Positions 46,748 to 56,346 of a DNA stretch of 64,000 nt are shown here, in pieces. The stretch comes from Candidatus Latescibacterota bacterium. Its GTDB lineage: Bacteria; Latescibacterota; UBA2968; UBA8231. Where the stretch lies: NCBI GenBank assembly GCA_965219385.1, contig CBDCNM010000002.1, forward strand, positions 1,978,936 to 2,042,935, written 5' to 3'. A model generated the notes under the pieces. That model had not been told where the DNA came from. It worked only from the letters and a program-made list of their open reading frames with translations, and searched no databases. Every line of letters starts with the position of its first letter. The first letter of the stretch is position 1. The position numbers were made by a program, and so were the translations under genes.

Positions 46748-47931
46748 CACCGATTCCCCCCGATATCTCCACGTATCCAAAGCTCCCCAAGCCGGTATTT
46801 CTCAAGCCAAGGCTCGAGTTCCATTGCGTCGAGGCGCCGGAGTTGCGTCGCCCCGTTGGACTTCTCGCAGACAATCACGGCCTCCGGGGTGCTCGTGAGC
46901 GCATCTACGAGAATATCGGAGTGCGTCGTGACGAAGATCTGGCTACGCGACGACGCCTCGATCAGAAGTGCCGCCACCTCCGGGATCACGTCGGGGTGCA
47001 GGCCGATCTCGGGCTCCTCAATGCAGACGACCGGCGGCGGCTCGGGATGGCAGAGCACGGCGATCAGGCAGAGATAGCGCAGGCTCCCGTCGGAGAGCCG
47101 CGTGGCCGGCACGGGATGGTGCAAGCCTTCTTCGTGGAAGAATATCTGCACCGTGCCGCTGTTTATGGTGGTGATGATATCCTCGACCGACGGGTAGAAG
47201 GCCCTCAAGCGGTCCAGTATCTGGCGCTTTACAGGGGGTTGGTTCAGCAAACCGTTTAGCACCAAACCAAGATTCGAGGCGTCCTCCAGCAGGCTGTCCT
47301 GTGGAAGGTCGGCCTGCTGCGGCAGGCGGGACGGCGTGGAGCACCCGAGATTCCACTCGCGATAGAAGCGCATGCGCTCGAATGTCTCAGCCAGATAGGT
47401 CAACTCCGGATAGGAGTCGGGATCGCGGCGCTGCGAGAGAATCGACTGCTCGGGCTTTACGTCTTCCCGGGTGAGGTGCCGAGGCTTTTCCTGGGTGAAG
47501 ATGTTGAGCACCGGATGGCCTCCCTGATAGCGGTAGTAGAAATACGGCTCCTCTGTACCTGCCCTCGGTTTCTCGTTCTCGACGGCCTCGTCCCTGAGTT
47601 CGAACCGCGCCCCGGTCTCCGTGAACGATAGCCGATACCTGAGCGGCTGTCCCTTTGGGTATTCGATGGTAACGTCCACGGTTGCCGCGGCGAGTCGGGC
47701 GGCTCCCTTCCAGAGCCAATCGAGAACGCCTCCCCCTTCTCGAATCGGCGCTTGAAGATCCCGAGTAGGTGCTGCTGCGAGAAGCGACAGCACTTCGATC
47801 AAGTTCGACTTCCCGGAAGCGTTCGGCCCAATGAGAACGTTCAGCGGCTCCAGAGGAAACTCGGCGTCCCAAGAACCATAGGAGAGTATGTTGTCCAGAC
47901 GGATCGTGCGAATAAACCTCGTGCCTTCCAT
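46744..47931 (-). CDS. AAA_21/ABC-type ATPase
   Basis: Walker A GPNASGKSN, signature LSDGS, Walker B IEEPEIGLHP, TTHS, LGELW. Confidence 0.92.
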   Translation of the reverse strand: MEGTRFIRTIRLDNILSYGSWDAEFPLEPLNVLIGPNASGKSNLIEVLSLLAAAPTRDLQAPIREGGGVLDWLWKGAARLAAATVDVTIEYPKGQPLRYRLSFTETGARFELRDEAVENEKPRAGTEEPYFYYRYQGGHPVLNIFTQEKPRHLTREDVKPEQSILSQRRDPDSYPELTYLAETFERMRFYREWNLGCSTPSRLPQQADLPQDSLLEDASNLGLVLNGLLNQPPVKRQILDRLRAFYPSVEDIITTINSGTVQIFFHEEGLHHPVPATRLSDGSLRYLCLIAVLCHPEPPPVVCIEEPEIGLHPDVIPEVAALLIEASSRSQIFVTTHSDILVDALTSTPEAVIVCEKSNGATQLRRLDAMELEPWLEKYRLGELWIRGDIGGNRW

Positions 47932-48006
47932 AGTTTACTCAGATTCCTTCTCTGTAGAAACCAGACGCATTCACATGGTCTCGCGGCTCTACTTCAGTTG
48001 GTCGAA

Positions 48007-48363
48007 TCATCTTCTCCTCCGTTCATCTTGCCGCTCGGTGCCGACATAGCGGCCGGGGGTAAGGACGTGGCCGTGCTTGCGCACCTCTTCCAGCGCCGCG
48101 CTCTTGCAGAAGCCGGGGATGTCGGCGTACTTCGGCGCCTTGGGCGCGCTCCGCCTCGAGACAGGAGTGCATCTCCTCGAAGGCGTCGGAGATGTACTTG
48201 AGGAAGATGAGGCCGAGGACGACGTGCTTGTATTCGGCGGCATGTTGCCGCGCAGGGTGTCGGCCATGCGCCAGAGTTCGGCCTCATAGCCGGTCGTGGC
48301 CCCGCCGCCACCCAGCTTTACGTCCATGTTGGAGCGCTTTTTTCCCGCTTGTCCTCGTCCCAT
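48007..48363 (-). pseudogene. hsdM: Type I R-M methyltransferase with a large internal deletion
   Basis: N-terminal [17 protein letters not shown] / [21 protein letters not shown] joined directly to C-terminal [28 protein letters not shown]; catalytic core absent. Confidence 0.85.
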
Positions 48364-48541
48364 GCGTCTTCCTTCTGGCGGCACTACCTCTTTGGTATCC
48401 AGGTGAGATGAATTCGAACGCGAGATGGACGCCGAAATCACGGTGGTGGATGTCCTGGGACGACACGTGGCCTGGCTTCGGGACACCTGGACGCAGGACC
48501 GGAGTCATTGGGCGTCTTGCCGCCTTAGGGGGACAGGCCCG

Positions 48542-49324
48542 CTACCAGTTGTGCATCTGGAGCAATGAGAAAACGGCGCCTTCCGCGTCCGTTGCGACGG
48601 CAAAGCGGGCGATTTTGATGTCGCGCGGTTCAACAATGACAGTGCCACCGAGCTCTTGTACGCGGGCCACCGTCGCATCGACATCGGACACCCCGAAATA
48701 GATGGACCAATGGGGGGGCACATCGCCCCAGTCTTCGCCGATCTCGATAATACCGGCGACCGGTTGGTCGCCGACTTTGAGCAGCGTGTGCGGGAAGGGC
48801 GCGTCCGGGTCGGGTTTGGCCTCCACTTGCAACACCTGCGCGTAAAATTCCCTGGCTGCTTGCAAATCGGTGGTGGTAAGTTCAAACCAGGACAGGGCGC
48901 CCGGCTCATTGGTTACGCCGGCGCCGACGTGCTTGATGGGAAACCACAGACGCAGAAACGCACCTTGCGGATCCTGGATGATGGACATCCGCCCAACGTC
49001 GAACACATCAAAGGGTTCCGCGATCACTACTCCGCCGGCAGCCCGGGCGCGTTCCGTGGTGCCTTCCAGGTCATCAACCGTAATGTACACGCTCCAATGG
49101 GCCGGGAGGTCTTCCTGCTCCGAGCCGGGATACGCCACCACTGAAGCGCAGGCAGGTATTCCTCGGTGGGTATACATGGTGTACACCATGTTCTCGTCGA
49201 CCGGATTGTCTTCGCACTCCCAACCGAAGAGACCAGTGTAGAAGTCTTTGGCGCCCTGCCCGTCGTGAGACAGCAAGTCGGCCCAGGACGGGGTTCCGCT
49301 GGCATAATTTGCTACTTCAGGCAT
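48542..49324 (-). CDS. VOC/glyoxalase family protein (two-domain, Cfp32-like)
   Basis: GTPSWADL, FYTGLFGW, WSVYITVDD, DPQGA, ALSWFEL, WSIYFGVSDVD. Confidence 0.9.
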   Translation of the reverse strand: MPEVANYASGTPSWADLLSHDGQGAKDFYTGLFGWECEDNPVDENMVYTMYTHRGIPACASVVAYPGSEQEDLPAHWSVYITVDDLEGTTERARAAGGVVIAEPFDVFDVGRMSIIQDPQGAFLRLWFPIKHVGAGVTNEPGALSWFELTTTDLQAAREFYAQVLQVEAKPDPDAPFPHTLLKVGDQPVAGIIEIGEDWGDVPPHWSIYFGVSDVDATVARVQELGGTVIVEPRDIKIARFAVATDAEGAVFSLLQMHNW

Positions 49325-49397
49325 CGGTATCACTCCAAATTGCGGGACGTGTTAGGGGAATTCCAATTTGGGAATCCATTTTCAGGGTAATGTATTG

Positions 49398-49449
49398 TAG
49401 GAATTATAAAGGGCCCTGGGGGGTTGGTCAAGCCAGGGCCGGCGTCTTT
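49398..49449 (-). mobile_element. Third, diverged IS91-like end with TTGACC-17-TATAAT promoter facing the VOC gene
   Basis: Reverse complement AAAGACGCCGGCCCTGGCTTGACCAACCCCCCAGGGCCCTTTATAATTCCTA matches the 3' part of the 82-bp repeat. Confidence 0.75.
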
Positions 49450-49610
49450 GCCAGACCTTGTGTGATGAGGTTAGTGACGCTCGTCTTTGGCGACCAGGCC
49501 GGCGCTGCCTTTGAGGACGCTGTACACTTCGTAGAACACAGGTGGTGGGGGCAGGGCCGTCGGAGTAGTTGGCCGACAGGCAGATGAGACCGGCCGGGGT
49601 GAAAGGATGG

Positions 49611-51461
49611 TCAGTTCCGCAGGGGGCCACGGTTGTCGTCGTGGATGGGGACGGGCGCGGCCAATTCGATCAGATCGGGGATGTCGAAGGCTTCTAGCAG
49701 ACCAAAGCAAAAGAGGGGCGCGGCATTGGCGTAGGGCACGGGCCATTCGATGAGGTGGTCGAGCGAGGCCATCAGCACGGTGGTGGTCAGGCCATTGAAG
49801 CGCTCGGGGGCCAGGGCGGCACCGATGAGACCGACGATGGGCATGAGCTGCCCCTGGGTGTGCAAATACAGGTTCTGGGTGCGGTAGCGGCGGCAGGCCC
49901 ACTGGACCACGGCGAGCAATTGCCCTGCTTGCAGCCCCAAGGCGCGCTGGCCGGCGGTGGACAGCAGCATGTGATACTGCCACGAATGGGCCCATTCGCC
50001 GGTGCCGTACAGGTCTACAGCCAGGACGCGATGGCCCTGGTCCAGGGTGGTTTGTACTGCGCCCTGAGCTTGGGCGCGGCCCCCGTCGGCAATGACCAAG
50101 GCCAGTCCTTTGGGACGCGGCGGGGCGCATTCGGTGATGCCCAGGCTCCAGGTGTCGTCCAGGGTGAGGACGTGCTGGCGGATGGTGGCGCCCCGGCGGG
50201 TCAGGGCTTTGCCCACGGCGCGGATTTTCATTTGCTCGTAGGTCGGCAATTTGAGCAGGCCGTGCAATTGCCGACGCGCCTGGACCGCAGGGCGGGCGGG
50301 GCGTTGCCGACGCTGTTGGCGGATGTGCACCAGGGCTTTGTGCGCCAGGGTGAGCAGGGTGGCGTTGTCGGGCGGCAGGCCCACGGTCAATTCAGCTTCG
50401 GAGCGCAGCTCGTCCTGGTAAGGCAGGTCTTCAGGGGAGGTGCGGAGGCCGAAGTGCTGGTCGAGGAATTTGTATAGTTGGCTGCGGTTGTCGCTGGCGT
50501 AATTGTGCGTGCCCGGATCGACATTGTCGTGCAAGCCCAGCTTGTCGGCGGCGCCCAACAGGCCAAAGACGGGCTCGATGGGTTGGTAGATGGAGCGGCG
50601 GGTGCGGCGGGTCTGGAAACAGCAGTCGTCTTCGCGGTTGTAAATGAGCAGGGTGGGACGCGGGGCAAAGAGGGCCGATAGCTCGTCGAAGTCGGCTATG
50701 GTGCACAGGTCCGAGGGCACCTGCTCCAAATCGCCGATATCGTTGGTGCCGGTGGCCCGCTGCCACACGGGCGAGTGGCCGGCCACCGGCACGATGACTT
50801 TGACGCGCGGGTCCAGGGCCGACAGCAGGGCCGTCTGCCAGCCGCCGCCCGACAGGCCGGTCATGGCGACGCGCTCGGGGTCGGCGTGGGGGTGGTCGAG
50901 GAGGGCGTCGAGGCCGCGCTTCATGGCCAGGTAGAATACGGCCATGCCCGCTTGGCCGCACAGGTCGAGGTGCCCCAGGCGGTTGTGTTCGACATCGGCG
51001 CGCAATTCGGCCATGCCGATGAATTCGGTGCTGAGGGCCAGCATGCCGCGCTTGGCCAAGTTGATGCAGCGGGCCTGCTTGTAATCCATGAATTTGCCGC
51101 CGGCGTGGTGGCCGTTGGGATTGAGCACGGCCGGGACTTTGTCCTCGAGGTCGATAGGTTCGTACAAGAGGGCGGGGATCCACATGCCCGGATAGCCCTC
51201 GTAGCGCAATTTGCGGATGCGGTAGCCCCGGTCGGTTTCCAGGGTTTCAGTCCATTCGAGCCTGGCCGGCAGGTCGAGCAACCCTTTGGGATGGCCGCGG
51301 AAAAAACTGTCGAGCACCTGGTGGCGGACCTCGTCGGCGCGGCGCGCCCAATGCTCGACCGAGGTGGGTTGTTTGAAATGCGGCAGGCGGGCTTTGAAGT
51401 AGGCCTGGAGCTGTCGCTGGGGCAAAGTGCCGAGGAGTTTTCGGGCTAGGGCGCGTTGCAT
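49611..51461 (-). CDS. Alpha/beta hydrolase (acetylxylan esterase-like)
   Basis: PAVLNPNGH, TGLSGGGWQT, GDLEQ, FAPRP, DDCCF, GTHNY; start MQRALARK. Confidence 0.85.
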   Translation of the reverse strand: MQRALARKLLGTLPQRQLQAYFKARLPHFKQPTSVEHWARRADEVRHQVLDSFFRGHPKGLLDLPARLEWTETLETDRGYRIRKLRYEGYPGMWIPALLYEPIDLEDKVPAVLNPNGHHAGGKFMDYKQARCINLAKRGMLALSTEFIGMAELRADVEHNRLGHLDLCGQAGMAVFYLAMKRGLDALLDHPHADPERVAMTGLSGGGWQTALLSALDPRVKVIVPVAGHSPVWQRATGTNDIGDLEQVPSDLCTIADFDELSALFAPRPTLLIYNREDDCCFQTRRTRRSIYQPIEPVFGLLGAADKLGLHDNVDPGTHNYASDNRSQLYKFLDQHFGLRTSPEDLPYQDELRSEAELTVGLPPDNATLLTLAHKALVHIRQQRRQRPARPAVQARRQLHGLLKLPTYEQMKIRAVGKALTRRGATIRQHVLTLDDTWSLGITECAPPRPKGLALVIADGGRAQAQGAVQTTLDQGHRVLAVDLYGTGEWAHSWQYHMLLSTAGQRALGLQAGQLLAVVQWACRRYRTQNLYLHTQGQLMPIVGLIGAALAPERFNGLTTTVLMASLDHLIEWPVPYANAAPLFCFGLLEAFDIPDLIELAAPVPIHDDNRGPLRN

Positions 51462-51669
51462 GGGATGGGCTCCGTTGGGGTTACAGTTCCACCACCGCCG
51501 TGACAGAGTAATGAGCGCTGGGATAGCGGGGATGGAGCGGCCCGGCGGGCCAGCCGGGACCTGGTGGAGGTAGGGCGCTAAGGCCGACAGGGTTTTTGAG
51601 ATCGCCTCTATACAATACTGGCTAATGCCGCCCTTGGAAAGGAAGGGTGCGCCCTCGCCGACCGGTCGG

Positions 51670-51711
51670 CGGGCAAACGGCCCTCTATTCGACGGGGGAG
51701 CCGTTTGCCCG
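51670..51711. other. Perfect 12-bp inverted repeat in a divergent intergenic region
   Basis: CGGGCAAACGGC (51670-51681) / GCCGTTTGCCCG (51700-51711). Confidence 0.6.
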
Positions 51712-51933
51712 TACATTATGCCGCTACACCCTTTCGCAGCAGAAACGCCCATGGAACGAGGACAGCAGACGGCCGGTAATGGGGCAGGTACTCTCCTGCC
51801 GACCACCAACCCGGGCCTGGAGGAATTCGCCGCCCGCGCCGGCGCCCTGGAGGGACTTCACGGAAGAGCGAGTACGGATTCATGCACCAACGCCATTCGA
51901 CTGTATCACTCGCGGAGGACAAGCAAGTAAAAC

Positions 51934-53112
51934 ATGAGCCCCAAACCCATTGTCATCGGCCTGGTCGGCGCCGGCTTCGCCTCTTCCTTCCACCTCGAAA
52001 ACTACCGCCGCGTCCCCGGCCTCGACATCCGCGTCAAAGGCGTGACCTCCCAAAACCCCGAACGCGCCGGCGCCTTTGCGGAGAAACACCACCTCGAGCA
52101 AGCCTACGACGCGGTGGAAGATCTGCTGGCCGACCCGGAAATCACCTTGGTTGACCTGTGCGCCCCCAACTACCTGCACCACCCCCTCACCCTGCGGGCC
52201 GCCGCCGCCGGCAAAGACATCGTCTGCGAAAAACCCCTGACCGGCTGCTTCGCCGCCGGCGAGCAGACGCCCCGGCGGAAAATGTTCGAGGAGGCCCTCA
52301 AGAACGCCGACGAGATGGTGGAGGCGGTAGAGCGCAACCAGGTGAAATTCTGCTACGCCGAAAACTGGGTCTACGCCCCGAGCGTGCAAAAGGCCGACCG
52401 CATCCTGGCGCAAAGCGACAACACCATCCTGCGCATCGTCGCCGAGGAGTGCCACAGCGGCACCCACTCCCCTTATGCCAAGGAGTGGCGCTACTGCGGC
52501 GGCGGCGCCCTTTTCAACAAGGGTTGCCACCCGGTCGGCGCCGCCCTCTACCTCAAGTACAACGAAGGCCGGCGCAAATACGGCAAGCCCATCAAACCTT
52601 CGAGCGTCGTGGCCCAGGTGGCCAATTTGACCAAAGTGGAAAGTTTTGTCGCCGAGGACGAAAAGTGGATCCAGACCGGCTGGAAGGACTGCGAGGACTG
52701 GGGCTCGATGTTGCTTCAGTTCGAGGACGATTCCGTGGCCCAGCTCACCGCCGCGGACATCGTGCTCGGCGGCATCCAGAATCTTTTGACCGCGTACTCC
52801 AGCAAGGCCGTGGTCCAGTGCAACATAAACCCCAACACCGGCATGTTGACCTACGTGCCCGAAGATCGGGTGTTGGGCGACGAGTACATCCGCGAAAAGG
52901 TGGAGACCCGCGCCGGCTGGCAGCTCACCAACCCCGACGAGGACTGGATGAATGGCTTCCCCCACGAACTCCAGGACTTTTGCGAGGCCATTGCCCACGA
53001 CCGCGAGCCCCAAAGCACCATGGAACTGGCGCGCGCTGTCGTCGCGGTCTGCTACGGGGCCTATGTCGCCGCCGCGACCGGCCAGCGCTTCGACCTGTCC
53101 GCATGGATGTAA
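51934..53112 (+). CDS. Gfo/Idh/MocA family oxidoreductase
   Basis: IGLVGAGF, CEKPLTG, YAENW, GGGALFNKGCHP. Confidence 0.93.
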   Translation: MSPKPIVIGLVGAGFASSFHLENYRRVPGLDIRVKGVTSQNPERAGAFAEKHHLEQAYDAVEDLLADPEITLVDLCAPNYLHHPLTLRAAAAGKDIVCEKPLTGCFAAGEQTPRRKMFEEALKNADEMVEAVERNQVKFCYAENWVYAPSVQKADRILAQSDNTILRIVAEECHSGTHSPYAKEWRYCGGGALFNKGCHPVGAALYLKYNEGRRKYGKPIKPSSVVAQVANLTKVESFVAEDEKWIQTGWKDCEDWGSMLLQFEDDSVAQLTAADIVLGGIQNLLTAYSSKAVVQCNINPNTGMLTYVPEDRVLGDEYIREKVETRAGWQLTNPDEDWMNGFPHELQDFCEAIAHDREPQSTMELARAVVAVCYGAYVAAATGQRFDLSAWM

Positions 53113-53203
53113 TTTTCGGCTCTTCTGGAGGTGCGAGACTATCCGCACCGTCTCCGGACAAGCGATAAATTATAAATTGACAAAGGAAAATCTTCGTTAC
53201 ATG

Positions 53204-53239
53204 TTATGGGCTCTATGCGTTTTATGGGCTCTATGCGTT
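53204..53239. repeat. Perfect 18-bp tandem duplication (TTATGGGCTCTATGCGTT x2)
   Basis: 53204-53221 and 53222-53239, upstream of the cyclase gene. Confidence 0.9.
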
Positions 53240-53275
53240 CAACCCGTCACCATTTTGCTCGAAGGAGGTAGTAAC

Positions 53276-54253
53276 ATGAAACTACTCACCATCGCCGCAT
53301 TCACCCTTGTCCTGACCCTGCAGGTCGAAGCCCAGACCCGGGAAAAAGGCCCCTGGTGGCCCTCGCAGTGGGGCCCGGAAGACCAGGCCGGCGCTTCCAA
53401 CCGGATCACCGCGGCCAAGGTCTTGAAGTCGATCGAGCTGGTCGAGACCGGAAAGGTCTACGATATCGGCCAGGTCTACGAGCGCGGCATGCCCCTCTTC
53501 GGCCAGCGCACCTACTCCATGTTCATCCCCTCTTCTCCGACCGGCGGTCCCTTCGGCGAAAAAAATCAGTTGATCTACCACGATGAGTTCCTCTGTGCCG
53601 AGATCGGGCAAGTGGGCACCCAGTTCGACGGCCTAGCGCACATCGGCACCCGCATGAAAATGGCCGACGGCTCGACCCAGGACGTGTTTTACAACGGTAT
53701 TCCCGTAGAGGAAATGCGCGGTGCCTACGGGGTGCAAAAACTCGGCATCGAGCACATCAAATCCTTCATCACCCGCGGGGTCCTGATCGACATCGCCGGG
53801 TACAAGGGCGTGGAAACCCTCGACAACAGCTACGAGGTCACCGTGGCCGATGTCCAGGGCGCCCTCGCCAAGCAGGGCATAGCCGAAGACAGCATCGAGG
53901 AAGGGGATGCCCTGTTCTTCAGGTATGGCTGGTCGAAGCTGTGGACCGACCCCCAGGCCTACAACACCGACCCGCCGGGGATCGGCCTGGAAGTTGGCCA
54001 GTGGGTCGTCGACAAGAAGGCCTCCATGATCGGTTCGGACCAGTGGAACTCCGAGGTCACCCCCAGCCCGGGCGAGGGCATGGCCTTCCCGGTCCACCAG
54101 CTATTGATCACCGAAAACGGGATCTTCAACCTGGAAAACATGGTCTACGACGAACTGGTCGCCGACGAGGTCTACGAGTTCCTGTTCGTCTTCACCCCGA
54201 TCCGCTTCAAAGGCGGCACCGGATCGCCGGGCCGGCCCATAGCCATTCGGTAG
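53276..54253 (+). CDS. Exported cyclase / kynurenine formamidase-like metal hydrolase
   Basis: Signal peptide, WGPEDQAG, GTQFDGLAH, TRGVLID, GSD, PVHQ, LENM, GGTGSP; AAGGAGG SD. Confidence 0.9.
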   Translation: MKLLTIAAFTLVLTLQVEAQTREKGPWWPSQWGPEDQAGASNRITAAKVLKSIELVETGKVYDIGQVYERGMPLFGQRTYSMFIPSSPTGGPFGEKNQLIYHDEFLCAEIGQVGTQFDGLAHIGTRMKMADGSTQDVFYNGIPVEEMRGAYGVQKLGIEHIKSFITRGVLIDIAGYKGVETLDNSYEVTVADVQGALAKQGIAEDSIEEGDALFFRYGWSKLWTDPQAYNTDPPGIGLEVGQWVVDKKASMIGSDQWNSEVTPSPGEGMAFPVHQLLITENGIFNLENMVYDELVADEVYEFLFVFTPIRFKGGTGSPGRPIAIR

Positions 54254-54293
54254 AAACCCGATGAAGAACGCCTCGATGCCGGCAAGCTCAAAG

Positions 54294-54324
54294 CCGCCCG
54301 CCGGGCCAACAAGCCGGCGGGCGG
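54294..54324. terminator. GC-rich hairpin between convergent genes
   Basis: CCGCCCGCCGG, 9-nt loop, CCGGCGGGCGG; no U-tract. Confidence 0.45.
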
Positions 54325-54494
54325 GTCAACCTACAGTTCCATATTCGATGCGGAAGGCTACAAGCAGCAGATTGAGGCCGGTTTCCGCCTCTTCCTGGCC
54401 GGGCGGCGACGAACCCTTCCTGGCTTCGGCCTGCCGCCTCATCCTCGACAAGCTCTCTTCCGTGCGGGATTGAAGCCAGGAGACGACTGGTGAT

Positions 54495-56174
54495 TCAAAC
54501 CACTTCCCGCACCTGCAAGGGCCGGCGCAAGACCTCGTACCAGTCCAGCGCCTGCTGGTGCCCCCCTCTTTCCGCAATATTGTAGCACAGATAAGCGCAG
54601 GTCTCGCCCACTGTGGAGCCGGGCTGAATCGCCAGCTCTTTCCCCACGTGGAACACATCCCGGGCCCAGATCTGGTTGCCATAGGCCGTGGTCCCCATGG
54701 ACAAATGTTTGGGATCGTAGGCCCCGGGAAAGCCGCGTGCATCGTAAGCCAGCCGCAAAGAGACAAAAGCCTCCTTCGTCTCCTGGTTGAAAAAACCCAC
54801 CAGGGCCGGATGCTGCTCGAATGACACCCCTTCCGCGGCCGGGATTTCCCTTGTTTCACCCCCTTCCATGATGATCAGGGAGTGGCTAAAGGCCTGGCGG
54901 AAGAGCCACTCGTCGTTGCGCACCACCAGGATGTCCGCCTCCTCTTTCACATCCAGCCGGGACTCCATGACAAAGTAGGGCAATCCCTTGTAAAAGGTGT
55001 AGGTCACATCCAGGCGCACCGCTTCCTGGGGCCGCGCCGGATGGGTTGGGCACACAGGATACCCCCAGCGCCTGACCTGGGTGCACAGCGCCCCCTTCAC
55101 CACGCTGTAGTTGGGCGCCTGGGGCCAGTTGGTCATGCGGTAGCGCAGCTGGTTGCGGAAGTCCGGATTCCAGTGGATACAATCATCTTCCCCGTGCCAG
55201 GCAATATCCAGCTTGCTCAGGGGGTCATTCCCCCCATCTATGCTATTGATCGGGCTCGGGTCCTCCCAGCCCAGCTGGGTGCGGCCCCACTGCATGAACT
55301 CCAGGTTGCGCAAATGCCCCATGGAGGGAGAGAGCCGCGCCCGGTACGTGCTGTTCTCGATCTGCAGAGCATACCCCTCTCCCCGGGTTATCAGATCGGT
55401 CGGATAGAAGGGGGGCCAGCAGGCCGGAGCAGGATTGCCGTGCAGCAGGAGATAGGTCTTTTCCTCCCTTGCTTCTACATCCGCCAGAAAGACGATCCCG
55501 CCCTTCTTTGTCGTCCCTTCGACCCCTTCGCCATAGACCTGGCAGGGGATTTCCTCGGCCGACTCCTCGTCCACCAGGCGGATTTCCCTGGCCATATCGC
55601 GCACCTGGTCGGTTGCAAAGGAGGCTTCGAGGTGAACCGGCTCACCCCGCCGGGCAATACCGTCCTTCTCCTCCACCTTGAAGCGCTTGAAAAAACGCCA
55701 CCCGCCCCACCAGGCGCGAAACCTGTCCCTGGGCAGGTCGGCCACTTCCAGGGAATCTTTTCCCAGAGATAATTGCCGACGCTCGAAGGTGCGCTGATCC
55801 ACCGGTTCGGCATTCGCATCCGCCTTTTCCTGGGCCCGCACATGCATCCTCCCCTCGAGCGGATCGTCCTTTGCAAAACCCAGGGCCTCGCGGGCCTCCT
55901 CGGACAACCGGTCCGGGGTCCACTCCACCTCCCACAGACACTCCACCCTGACCTGGCCCACCCCCTCCATCCGCAGCACGTGCTGGCGGATCGGCGAGGC
56001 CGCAGCATCGACGTAGAGCCGTCCCCGGTTGAACATGATGATGGCGATGTCCACATCCGTGCCGCTGACCTCGACCTGGTAGATCAACCCCACGTCCACC
56101 ACGCTCAACGGCACCCCGAACGCCGGGTCCTTGAGCTCTTTCAGGTGATTCCAGACCGCCTCTTCGCTTATCAT
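54495..56174 (-). CDS. DUF59 (Fe-S assembly SufT/PaaD-like) domain fused to a large uncharacterised beta-rich domain
   Basis: ISEEAVWNHLKELKDP...SVVDVGLIYQV...WTPDRLSEEAREALG, then about 450 aa more; AAGGAGG SD. Confidence 0.8.
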   Translation of the reverse strand: MISEEAVWNHLKELKDPAFGVPLSVVDVGLIYQVEVSGTDVDIAIIMFNRGRLYVDAAASPIRQHVLRMEGVGQVRVECLWEVEWTPDRLSEEAREALGFAKDDPLEGRMHVRAQEKADANAEPVDQRTFERRQLSLGKDSLEVADLPRDRFRAWWGGWRFFKRFKVEEKDGIARRGEPVHLEASFATDQVRDMAREIRLVDEESAEEIPCQVYGEGVEGTTKKGGIVFLADVEAREEKTYLLLHGNPAPACWPPFYPTDLITRGEGYALQIENSTYRARLSPSMGHLRNLEFMQWGRTQLGWEDPSPINSIDGGNDPLSKLDIAWHGEDDCIHWNPDFRNQLRYRMTNWPQAPNYSVVKGALCTQVRRWGYPVCPTHPARPQEAVRLDVTYTFYKGLPYFVMESRLDVKEEADILVVRNDEWLFRQAFSHSLIIMEGGETREIPAAEGVSFEQHPALVGFFNQETKEAFVSLRLAYDARGFPGAYDPKHLSMGTTAYGNQIWARDVFHVGKELAIQPGSTVGETCAYLCYNIAERGGHQQALDWYEVLRRPLQVREVV

Positions 56175-56346
56175 AGTCAAGCCTCCTTGTGTCGGTATCC
56201 GGAAAAGTAGACCTTCGCCACCGCTCACACAAGCACGGCTGCTTCCGTCACCCTTGCGCCAGGCTTTTTTCGGCCAGACCTTGTCTGCGTCCAAAAATTG
56301 AATTATCGTTTCCCCTGTCTATCGCAACCCCACAACAGTGACAACC

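Noticed and set aside
51462..51809. N-terminal extensions of the ORF calls 49611-51809, 52952-54253, 2533-3903 and 21455-22717
   Set aside because: Family homology and SD sites support downstream starts; the extensions overlap other genes or intergenic DNA
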